Assembly: GCF_009711715.1 (NCBI RefSeq)
Contig: NZ_VENF01000010.1
Coordinates: forward strand, 526 to 64,525
DNA: 64,000 bases
Source: Methylophaga sp.
GTDB taxonomy: Bacteria > Pseudomonadota > Gammaproteobacteria > Nitrosococcales > Methylophagaceae
Direction of reading: 5' to 3'
The translations under genes were made by a program, and so were the position numbers. This document shows, piece after piece, positions 21,142-29,064 of the stretch (positions are counted from its first letter, which is position 1; each line of letters begins with the position of its first letter). Under the pieces are notes generated by a model. It did not search any database, was not told the origin of the DNA, and saw nothing but the letters and a program-made list of their open reading frames with translations.

Positions 21142-22191
21142 ATGACAGCTGTTGCTGATGCAATTAAGAAAGTCGCGACCGGTCCGCATTTGAGCAAGGA
21201 TCTGAGCCGGGAGGAGGCCTATGCCGCCACCATGGAAATCCTGTCAGGTGAAGCCGATCCGGTAAGAGCGGCGATTTTCTTTATTGCCATGCGCATGAAA
21301 CGTGAAACCAATGAGGAAAACCTCGGTATTCTGCAGGCGTTACAGGCCAAGACCGAGCAGCGGGAAGCCGAGGTTGAGGATTTATTGATTTTTGCCGATC
21401 CATTTAATGGCTTTAATCGTCATTGTCCGGTCACCGCATTTCTGCCCGCTGTGCTTGCAGCTTCTGGTCTGCCTGCTGTGTCGCAAGGGGTGTTTGAAAT
21501 GGGACCCAAGTTCGGCGTGACCCATGCCCAGGTGCTGAAACTGGCCGGCTATAACAACATCATGCCGGTGCCGGAAGCGGCCAAAGCAGTGAATAATGCG
21601 GATATCGGCTGGGCATACCTCGATCAATCCGCTGCCAGCCCGCTGGTTTATGCCTTGCAGGCATTACGCACACAGATGATAAAACGGCCGAGTATCGCGA
21701 CACTGGAAAAAATGGTCATGCCTGTTAAGGCCAAAACCAGAACACATCTCGCTATCGGCTTTGTGCACAAGGAATACCCCGCCATTCTGGGCTGGCTGGC
21801 GGCTGCTTTCGGTTATCATTCGGCGTTTATTGCCCGGGGGCTGGAAGGTGGTATCGTTCCGACCTTACGTGAAGCTTCCAATAATCATCGTATGCTCAAT
21901 GCCGAGATGCAGGAGTGTCGCCTGGATCCCGCCGATTTTGGTATCGAGCAGGACACCCGCGGTGTTAAAGTGGATGATGATGACGTCACGGCAGAAAGAA
22001 CGCTGGATGAGGGCATGCAGGCCTTGAAAGGGCAGCGCGGACCGGCCTACGACAGCCTGGTGTATGGTGCTGCAATTGCGCTGTGGCATACCGGGCTGCA
22101 GCCATCCCAGCGTCAAGCGGCAGACCATGTCCGCGACATCATTAATAGCGGTAAAGCCAAAGCACATTTTGAGGCTGCAATTCAATCATGA
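21142..22191 (+). CDS. Anthranilate phosphoribosyltransferase-like (TrpD2/YbiB-like) protein
   Basis: GPHLSKDL, AAIFFIAMRMKRET, GWAYLDQ, KRPSIATLEK, GFVHKEY, GLEGG; lacks the canonical TrpD PRPP loop GTGGD. Confidence 0.8.
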   Translation: MTAVADAIKKVATGPHLSKDLSREEAYAATMEILSGEADPVRAAIFFIAMRMKRETNEENLGILQALQAKTEQREAEVEDLLIFADPFNGFNRHCPVTAFLPAVLAASGLPAVSQGVFEMGPKFGVTHAQVLKLAGYNNIMPVPEAAKAVNNADIGWAYLDQSAASPLVYALQALRTQMIKRPSIATLEKMVMPVKAKTRTHLAIGFVHKEYPAILGWLAAAFGYHSAFIARGLEGGIVPTLREASNNHRMLNAEMQECRLDPADFGIEQDTRGVKVDDDDVTAERTLDEGMQALKGQRGPAYDSLVYGAAIALWHTGLQPSQRQAADHVRDIINSGKAKAHFEAAIQS

Positions 22192-22604
22192 TTTATCAAC
22201 AGACTCTGACATACAACAACAGCGGTCGCGGTACCAGCAACATTAGCCGTGATGTTCAGCAACTGGTGGCTGAATCCGGTATCAAAACCGGCACCTGTCA
22301 TATTTTTGTGCAGCACACCAGTGCATCCCTGATGCTCTGTGAAAATGCCGATCCTGACGTTCGCCATGACCTGGAAACTTTTATGCAACATATTGTGCCG
22401 GACGGCGATCCGATGTTTCGCCATCAGGATGAGGGCCCGGATGATATGAGTGCCCATGTCAGAACAGTACTGACCAATCCGGATCTGACAGTACCAGTCA
22501 GTGGTGGGCAGTGCGATCTTGGTGTCTGGCAGGGGATTTATCTGTGGGAGCACCGGACCCATCCCCAGCGCCGCCGCGTGATCGTCACGGTGCAGGGCGA
22601 ATAA
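22188..22604 (+). CDS. yjbQ: YjbQ/UPF0047 family protein
   Basis: HTSASL..ENADPDV, H..EGPDDM.AH, LGVWQGIYLWEHR. Confidence 0.93.
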   Translation: MIYQQTLTYNNSGRGTSNISRDVQQLVAESGIKTGTCHIFVQHTSASLMLCENADPDVRHDLETFMQHIVPDGDPMFRHQDEGPDDMSAHVRTVLTNPDLTVPVSGGQCDLGVWQGIYLWEHRTHPQRRRVIVTVQGE

Positions 22605-22606
22605 TC

Positions 22607-23137
22607 ATGAGTGAATTCGACAAGGGTGCTGATGATAATAACTGGCCGCAGGACTGGGATGATGAGAAAAGTAAAACCCAGGTCAAAAAGGAACTACAGG
22701 CTTTAAGAGATCTTGGCAAGGAATTGATATCATTGCCAAAAAAGGATATGGATAAGCTCGATTTACCGGAAGATCTGCGTGAGGCGATCCGGGATGCACA
22801 GTCAATGAGCAAGGGCGCGCTTAAACGCCAGACCGGTTTTATCGGTGGTCTGATTGCAGCTACGGATCATGAATCGATTGAAAGGCAACTGGCGCAGTTA
22901 AAACAGCCGCATCAGGGACAAGTGAAGCAGTTTCATCAGCTGGAAAGCTGGCGTGACCGTTTGCTGGCCGGCGATGATGATGTTTATGGCGAGCTGATCG
23001 CTGAGTTTGAGGCTTTTGATGTGCAGCATGTCAGACAGCTGGTCAGGAATGCGGTACGGGAAGCCAGGCAGGACAAGCCGCCGAAATCGGCCAGACAGGT
23101 GTTCCAGTATCTGCAGGAGCTACAGCAAAATCATTGA
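22607..23137 (+). CDS. darP: Ribosome biogenesis factor DarP/YjgA (DUF615)
   Basis: SKTQVKKELQALRDLG, KRQTGFIG, FHQLESWRDRLL, LRQL-like RQLVRNA, R.VFQYL; start moved to ATG 22607. Confidence 0.9.
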   Translation: MSEFDKGADDNNWPQDWDDEKSKTQVKKELQALRDLGKELISLPKKDMDKLDLPEDLREAIRDAQSMSKGALKRQTGFIGGLIAATDHESIERQLAQLKQPHQGQVKQFHQLESWRDRLLAGDDDVYGELIAEFEAFDVQHVRQLVRNAVREARQDKPPKSARQVFQYLQELQQNH

Positions 23138-24480
23138 CGCGGCAGTTCAATCACGAAGCTCGCGCCGCCAAGGCGTGAGCGTTCCAGATTGATATTGCCC
23201 TCATAAGCGACAATGATATCGCTGACAATGGCCAGTCCAAGACCCTGGCCCTCGGCCTGGGTATCAATTCGGTGGCCACGTTTAATCACAAACCCCTCGG
23301 CCCGAGCAGGGATGCCACTGCCATCGTCCTCGACACGGATCCGGACATTACCGTTCAATGTGGTGACAATGATATGTACCTGTTTTTTACAGTATTTGTA
23401 GGCGTTTTCCAGCAGGTTGCCGAGTAACTCATACATATCACCTTCATCGGCATGAATATAGGCATCCCGCTCAATTTCGCACTGAGCGCGGATCTGCTTG
23501 CTCTGATAGACTTTATCCAGGCTGCCGATGATTTTATAGATAATTTCGCCAAGCGATACCGGTGCCAGCAGGCTGCTCTTGCCTTCGGTCGACGCGCGCT
23601 GTAACTGGTAATCCACCAGGGTACTGATGCGATCCAGTTGTTCATAACCGGTTTTACGCAGTTGCTGCATGCTGTCACTGTTTTCCAGCTCACCACGAAA
23701 TACCGATAGCGGTGTTTTGAGGCTATGTGCCAGATCGGCCAGTGAGTTTTTATAGCGTTGCCGGCGTGATTCCTCGTGGTCGAGCAGGGCATTGATTCGA
23801 TAGGTGAGCTGTTGCAGCTCTTTGGGATATTCATCGTTGAGACGGCGGTGTTCACCGGTCTCAATTGCATGTAAATCTATTGCCACATCATGCAGTGGGC
23901 GCAAACTCCAGCGCAGGATAATCCACTGTGCGATCAGCAGCATCAGACCGGTACCGCCCAGCCAATACCAGAGACTGCGCTGAAAGCTGGCAGTCTGTTC
24001 CTGTAATGCCTGCATATCTTCAGCGACATTGATGGTATAGGCGATTTCCTCACCGTTGTCAGTCTCCCAGACAATGCCAAACGCCAGATTCAACAAAGTC
24101 ATGCCGGTTTCCATTTCAACGATATGGTATTCCTCGTTGGACGGCCCCGGATTGAATGGCAGTGCCAGAAAATGTCCGATCGCGGAAGGTGATTGCCAGA
24201 CAATGTCACCCTCATTGGTGATTTGTGCATACAGGCCCGAGTTGGGAATGGAAAACTTGGGTTCCGCCAGATCTGCTGACATCACCAGTTCACCCTGTTG
24301 ATTCAGTTCGGCTGCGGTCAGCAGGGTGTAGACATAGTTTTTGAGGCGTTTCTTCTGCTCGTGTTCAGCGCTGCTTTCGAAAGCATTGTTAAGGCTTACC
24401 GCAGACAGGCCCAGAAAAGCGGTCAGCACCAGGCTGACCGCGATCAACAGCCGGTTGGATAAGGAGAGTTTATTGACCAC
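23131..24480 (-). CDS. Sensor histidine kinase, PhoQ/BqsS(CarS)-like
   Basis: Two TMs, HAMP, LAHSLKTPL H-box, GNLLENAYKY, EDDGSG, GQGLGL. Confidence 0.93.
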   Translation of the reverse strand: MVNKLSLSNRLLIAVSLVLTAFLGLSAVSLNNAFESSAEHEQKKRLKNYVYTLLTAAELNQQGELVMSADLAEPKFSIPNSGLYAQITNEGDIVWQSPSAIGHFLALPFNPGPSNEEYHIVEMETGMTLLNLAFGIVWETDNGEEIAYTINVAEDMQALQEQTASFQRSLWYWLGGTGLMLLIAQWIILRWSLRPLHDVAIDLHAIETGEHRRLNDEYPKELQQLTYRINALLDHEESRRQRYKNSLADLAHSLKTPLSVFRGELENSDSMQQLRKTGYEQLDRISTLVDYQLQRASTEGKSSLLAPVSLGEIIYKIIGSLDKVYQSKQIRAQCEIERDAYIHADEGDMYELLGNLLENAYKYCKKQVHIIVTTLNGNVRIRVEDDGSGIPARAEGFVIKRGHRIDTQAEGQGLGLAIVSDIIVAYEGNINLERSRLGGASFVIELPRQ

Positions 24481-25150
24481 GGGGCAGATTCAGCCGGTAG
24501 CCGCGACCACGCAGGGTCTCAATCGGGTTCAATTGTTTTTCCGGATCCAGTTTACTGCGCAGGCGTTTCACAAACACCTCAATCACATTACTGTCACGGT
24601 CCTGATCCAGTTCGTAAATATGATCGGTCAGTTCCGTTTTGGAAATAACTTCCCCGGCATGCAGCATGAGGTAATGCAACAGGCGATATTCGTAAGCAGT
24701 GAGGTCAATTGCTGCGTCGTTCTTGGTCACTTGCTGGGTGCCGGGATTGAGACAGATGGGGCCGCAGCAGATTGTTGAGTTGGCCCAGCCAGAAGCGCGT
24801 CTCGCCAGTGCATTCAGCCGGGCCAGCAGTTCTTCAAAATGGAAGGGTTTCACCAGGTAATCGTCGGCGCCGGATTCCAGCCCCTCAACCTTATCCTGCC
24901 AGCGGCCGCGGGCGGTAAGAATCAGTATCGGATAATCCAGCCCTTTCTGGCGGAGTTGCTGAATGACTTCGATACCGGAGAGTTTGGGCAGGCCCAGATC
25001 GATGATTGCAACATCGTAGGCATATTCACTACCCATAAACAGCCCCTCTTCACCGTCGGCTACGGCATCTACAGTCAGGTTCTGGTCATTAAGCTGACGC
25101 GTGATTTGCTCACGCAGATGGATTTCGTCTTCTATCAGTAGAACGCGCAT
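24470..25150 (-). CDS. OmpR-family response regulator, PhoP/BqsR(CarR)-like
   Basis: LLIED, IDLGLP, ILTARGRWQDKVEGL..GADDYLVKPF, DSNVIEVF, IETLRGRGY. Confidence 0.94.
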   Translation of the reverse strand: MRVLLIEDEIHLREQITRQLNDQNLTVDAVADGEEGLFMGSEYAYDVAIIDLGLPKLSGIEVIQQLRQKGLDYPILILTARGRWQDKVEGLESGADDYLVKPFHFEELLARLNALARRASGWANSTICCGPICLNPGTQQVTKNDAAIDLTAYEYRLLHYLMLHAGEVISKTELTDHIYELDQDRDSNVIEVFVKRLRSKLDPEKQLNPIETLRGRGYRLNLPRGQ

Positions 25151-25156
25151 GCTGTC

Positions 25157-25450
25157 TCAGGGTAGGGTGTGGCCGCTGTCGCGGTCAATGCGGTGAACTT
25201 TGACTTTACCGTTGTTATGGAGCACTTTGACACGAAAAATCACGCTGTCGCCTTGATGCTGTTCATCCACCGACAGGATCTTGCCGCCGGTTTCAATTTT
25301 AGCCAGCTCCGCTGCAGTATGTTTGGTCAGCGGCAATGCTATTTCATTGATGATATTGCCCGGTTGCTGTTCATAGGGGACATGATCATCAGCATGAACA
25401 ACGGGACTCAACAACAATGAAATCAGAAGCAGAGAGCGGAACATAAACAT
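25157..25450 (-). CDS. Periplasmic PepSY-domain protein
   Basis: Signal peptide; AAELA...GGKILSV...FRVKVL..G.V....ID..SG. Confidence 0.85.
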   Translation of the reverse strand: MFMFRSLLLISLLLSPVVHADDHVPYEQQPGNIINEIALPLTKHTAAELAKIETGGKILSVDEQHQGDSVIFRVKVLHNNGKVKVHRIDRDSGHTLP

Positions 25451-25505
25451 GGATTTACCTTATCACTAACAGCAGTATTTTTAACAGCATCTGCTGGTAA
25501 AGCAA

Positions 25506-25536
25506 GTCCTGGCAGCCGCAAAACGGCTGCCGGGAC
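25506..25536. terminator. Stem-loop between the cytochrome c and PepSY genes
   Basis: GTCCTGGCAGCCG-caaaa-CGGCTGCCGGGAC. Confidence 0.55.
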
Positions 25537-25542
25537 CAAAGC

Positions 25543-25950
25543 TTATTTCATTTTTTCAGGCTTTACTTCGCCAATCGCACCATCAGCCCGAGCTTTCAGA
25601 TAGCTATAAATCTTGTCCCGGCCCTGCATCACGGTAGCGTTGGATTGCCAGGCTGGCATCATGCCAATCTGGCCGGTTTTGCCCTCAGCGACAGTGTTCA
25701 TAAATTCTTCATAGCTGATTTTATTAAGGCTTTCCGCCAGATTAGGGCCGGCCAGCCCCTGACCATAGGTACCATGACAGCGGGCACACCAGTTACGGTA
25801 TAGCTTGAAACCGTTATAAGTGTCGGCATCCAGCTTATTGCCGTTGGTCACGGTATAGGGGCGGGGGCCGGCAGCCTGTGCAGGCAATGTAGCGATGTAG
25901 GAAAAGGCGATGCCCAATGTCATCGCAAGCATCAGTTTTTTCATAGTCAT
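25543..25950 (-). CDS. Periplasmic monoheme cytochrome c, related to methanol-oxidation-associated (XoxG-like) cytochromes
   Basis: Signal peptide; CARCH heme motif; GMMPAW axial Met; C-terminal YLKARADGAI; AAGG RBS before ATG 25950. Confidence 0.85.
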   Translation of the reverse strand: MTMKKLMLAMTLGIAFSYIATLPAQAAGPRPYTVTNGNKLDADTYNGFKLYRNWCARCHGTYGQGLAGPNLAESLNKISYEEFMNTVAEGKTGQIGMMPAWQSNATVMQGRDKIYSYLKARADGAIGEVKPEKMK

Positions 25951-25954
25951 CACC

Positions 25955-26515
25955 TTAATAATAGGAACGACGGGGTTCAACGTGGACATCTACGGGGATG
26001 AATTTGCCAGGGGGCTGATCCATCACGGTGGTATAGATTCTGCCCTGGTATCGATAGCTGACTTCATAGCCGTCGATTCGTTGCTCACGATACTGTCTGT
26101 CAATCACACGGCACTGTTCCTGGTAACCATAATCGACATCATGATATCGGTTTCCCATGTCACGACCCACGGACCCGCCGAGCAGGGTGCCGGCAATGGT
26201 CATGGCAGTATTGCCGCTGCCACCACCAAACTGGTTGCCGATGACACCACCGATAATGCCGCCGGCAATGGTGTTGGTGTATGACTGATGACCACTGCGA
26301 TGGCGGCGGGGCTCATCCCAGCATTCACGTTCGGGACGGTTGACCGTGACAGTGCGGTAAATCGGCTCAACATGTGTTACACGGGCTTTCTCGCTACGGC
26401 CATAATCCCGATATTCACCATCATAACCATAACGATCATTATGATCAGCCATCACGTTGGCAGAGGTCAGCGTGAAAGCCGAAGCCAGAACCATGGTTTT
26501 TATGATTTTTTTCAT
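25955..26515 (-). CDS. Glycine-zipper 2TM domain protein (YcfJ/SlyB-like)
   Basis: Signal peptide; AGGIIGGVIGNQFGGGSG..AMTIAGTLLGGSVG; GYEVSYRYQG C-terminus. Confidence 0.9.
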   Translation of the reverse strand: MKKIIKTMVLASAFTLTSANVMADHNDRYGYDGEYRDYGRSEKARVTHVEPIYRTVTVNRPERECWDEPRRHRSGHQSYTNTIAGGIIGGVIGNQFGGGSGNTAMTIAGTLLGGSVGRDMGNRYHDVDYGYQEQCRVIDRQYREQRIDGYEVSYRYQGRIYTTVMDQPPGKFIPVDVHVEPRRSYY

Positions 26516-26548
26516 TACAGCTCTCCTCTTTTGTCAGCTGTCGCAGGC

Positions 26549-26582
26549 AGATTAGCAAGCGATAACTGAACCAGAACTGAAT
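26549..26582 (-). promoter_or_regulatory. PhoP-type direct repeat with extended -10
   Basis: Minus strand ATTCAG-ttctg-GTTCAG (26582-26566), 11 nt gap, then TG-c-TAATCT (-10 at 26554-26549). Confidence 0.65.
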
Positions 26583-26617
26583 GATTATGGTTTTCAATAG
26601 CCGTTTTTTTGTTAAGT

Positions 26618-26686
26618 TGTGAACTATCTCACAGGTTTATTCGTGTCACATATGATTTACTGTGCCGACCTGTGATGTAGTTCACA
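26618..26686. promoter_or_regulatory. Tandem perfect CRP-family boxes, 53 bp apart
   Basis: TGTGA-actatc-TCACA (26618-26633) and TGTGA-tgtagt-TCACA (26671-26686). Confidence 0.75.
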
Positions 26687-26723
26687 ATTACGAAAATAGC
26701 GAAGTGTTTAGTCTGGAGTATCG

Positions 26724-29063
26724 TTGAACCCCCAAATCAGCATGAATAGGGATGTCCGTGCCGTTGAGTCAGTTGGGATCGATCCTATGCGCCTGCAGAT
26801 CCTGTTGCAGCAGGGTGGCATTGCTATTGTTACCAATCTGATTGTCAGCTCTCTTACCGCAATGGTTCTCTATCCCAAAGTTAATCAGGGGTTGTTGCTA
26901 GGATGGTGGACTATCTCAATAGTTGTGAATAGCTGTCGACTCTGGCACTGGTATAAGCTGCGAAATAAAAATCCAGAAAAGCTGGACGCTGACTCGATTC
27001 GTCGTTGTGAAACTCAATATGCTGCTGCCTTGTTTGTCAGTGGTGTCATCTGGGGGACATTAGGCGGCTTTTTCAGCACTGACCTGCCGTTAACACAACA
27101 AATTACAATACCGCTGGTCATCTGTGGCATGTCCGCGGGCGCTTTCTTTTCCTATCTGAGCAGTCTCAGAAGTTTCCATGCATTTGTTCTGCCTATGCTG
27201 CTGGCAGTCAGCTTCAGTATCTTCAGTGCCGGTCTCTATACTGTCGCGCTGATAACGCTGGTTTATCTCGTAGCGATTATGCTGCTGGCACGCAATCTCA
27301 ATCGCAAGATGCTGGAAAGCCTCAGATTGCGTCAGGAAAACCGGGCCTTAGTCAGTCATTTATCAGATATCAACCAGGCTCAGTCAGATCTAGTCAACGA
27401 GCTACGAGCCAAAGAAACCTTTTTACTGCACACTTTTGAAGATGCCGGTGTACCTATGCTGTTAATGGATAACAGCTTCCTGATCATGGATGTAAACAAG
27501 GCCGGGTGTGAATTATTTGGTTATGATAAAAAAACCTTAAAGGGAAGGAATGCCAAAGAACTGCTGCATCCGGATGATTCTTCAGAAATCACACCACAAT
27601 TCAAAAAGCTGCTTGCTGGTGAAATCAAACAATACCGGATCACCCGTCGCTGTATCAGTCGGCAGGGCAGAACTTTATGGCTGAACTCAACCATTTCTGC
27701 CGTCAGAAACGACAATAATGAGATTGAGTATGTGGTGATTCAGGCTCAGGATATTACCGAACAGTATCTGCTCAGTGAGGATTTGCAGCATCAGGCATTA
27801 CATGATGCATTAACGGGTTTACCCAATCGACGCGCGCTTGAAAAACAACTGCAGGCAACCCTCTCTCAGCAAAGTGATACGGAGCATGTGTTGTGCTATC
27901 TGGATCTGGACCAGTTCAAGGTTATCAACGATACCTGCGGTCATATCGCCGGTGATGCGCTGCTCAAGCAAATGAGTCAGCTGCTGCGCGAGGGGCTCGG
28001 TGAACAGGATATGCTGGCGCGTTTCAGTGGTGATGAATTTGCTGTGCTGATGACAGACTGCTCACTGCAACGGGCGCAGTCTGTGCTGGAAAGCCTGCTG
28101 GAGACAATCCGTACATTCAGCTTCGAGTACGAAAATTACACATTCAAAATCACGGCCTGCATTGGTCTGGTCGCGATTAATAAAAACAGTTCCCTGGTTG
28201 AACTGCTGAAACAGGCCGATAGCGCCTGCTATGCTGCCAAGGAAGCAGGACGCGACAGATTACATCTGTTCAGTGATACCGATACCGACATGGTGCAACG
28301 TACCGGTGAAATGCGTTGGGTAGCTCGCATTCAGCAGGCATTGAGTGATAACCGTCTGGTGCTCTACAGCCAGCCAATTCAGGCTGCGCTCAGAAGGAAT
28401 GAGGGGCTGCCACACTGCGAGCTTTTAATAAGAATGCTGGATGATGATGGCAAAATCATTTCACCGGGCCAGTTTCTGCCAGCAGCAGAGCGATACAACC
28501 TGGCTGCAGCGATTGATATGTGGACAGTTGAACATGTGTTATCGCGACTGTCAGCCGCCAAATCAGCAGGACGGGACATCAGCGGCATCTATGCGATTAA
28601 TTTGTCCGGCCAGTCCTTAGGCGACGGTCGTTTCTACGAACGTATTATTCAATTAATTGTGGATGCCAGGCTCAGTGAAGACAATGCGGTATTATGCTTT
28701 GAGGTGACCGAAACCGCAGCCATCACCAATATGCGCTCAGCACTGCACTTCATTAATGAACTCAGACAGATAGGCTGTCAGTTCGCACTGGATGATTTCG
28801 GCAGTGGCCTGTCATCTTTTGCCTATTTGAAACAGTTGCCGATTGATTACCTGAAAATTGATGGCATGTTTGTCAGAGACTGTGTGCATAACACGGTGAA
28901 TCTGGAAATTGTTAATTCCATCAACGGTATTGGTCAGGTCCTTGGCCTGAAGACCGTGGCTGAATTTGTCGAAGACGAGACCACCCTGATTAGTCTGCAA
29001 CATATCGGTGTCGATTTTGTGCAGGGTTATTTGATTGCAGCGCCGGTTCCCTGGGAAGTCTAG
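26724..29063 (+). CDS. Membrane PAS-GGDEF-EAL c-di-GMP enzyme
   Basis: About 5-6 TMs; PAS/PAC (HPDD, WLNSTIS, QDITE); HDALTGLPNR, SGDEF; ELL, DDFGSG, KID, VAEFVE, QGY; start TTG 26724 or ATG 26742. Confidence 0.93.
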   Translation: MNPQISMNRDVRAVESVGIDPMRLQILLQQGGIAIVTNLIVSSLTAMVLYPKVNQGLLLGWWTISIVVNSCRLWHWYKLRNKNPEKLDADSIRRCETQYAAALFVSGVIWGTLGGFFSTDLPLTQQITIPLVICGMSAGAFFSYLSSLRSFHAFVLPMLLAVSFSIFSAGLYTVALITLVYLVAIMLLARNLNRKMLESLRLRQENRALVSHLSDINQAQSDLVNELRAKETFLLHTFEDAGVPMLLMDNSFLIMDVNKAGCELFGYDKKTLKGRNAKELLHPDDSSEITPQFKKLLAGEIKQYRITRRCISRQGRTLWLNSTISAVRNDNNEIEYVVIQAQDITEQYLLSEDLQHQALHDALTGLPNRRALEKQLQATLSQQSDTEHVLCYLDLDQFKVINDTCGHIAGDALLKQMSQLLREGLGEQDMLARFSGDEFAVLMTDCSLQRAQSVLESLLETIRTFSFEYENYTFKITACIGLVAINKNSSLVELLKQADSACYAAKEAGRDRLHLFSDTDTDMVQRTGEMRWVARIQQALSDNRLVLYSQPIQAALRRNEGLPHCELLIRMLDDDGKIISPGQFLPAAERYNLAAAIDMWTVEHVLSRLSAAKSAGRDISGIYAINLSGQSLGDGRFYERIIQLIVDARLSEDNAVLCFEVTETAAITNMRSALHFINELRQIGCQFALDDFGSGLSSFAYLKQLPIDYLKIDGMFVRDCVHNTVNLEIVNSINGIGQVLGLKTVAEFVEDETTLISLQHIGVDFVQGYLIAAPVPWEV

Positions 29064-29064
29064 A

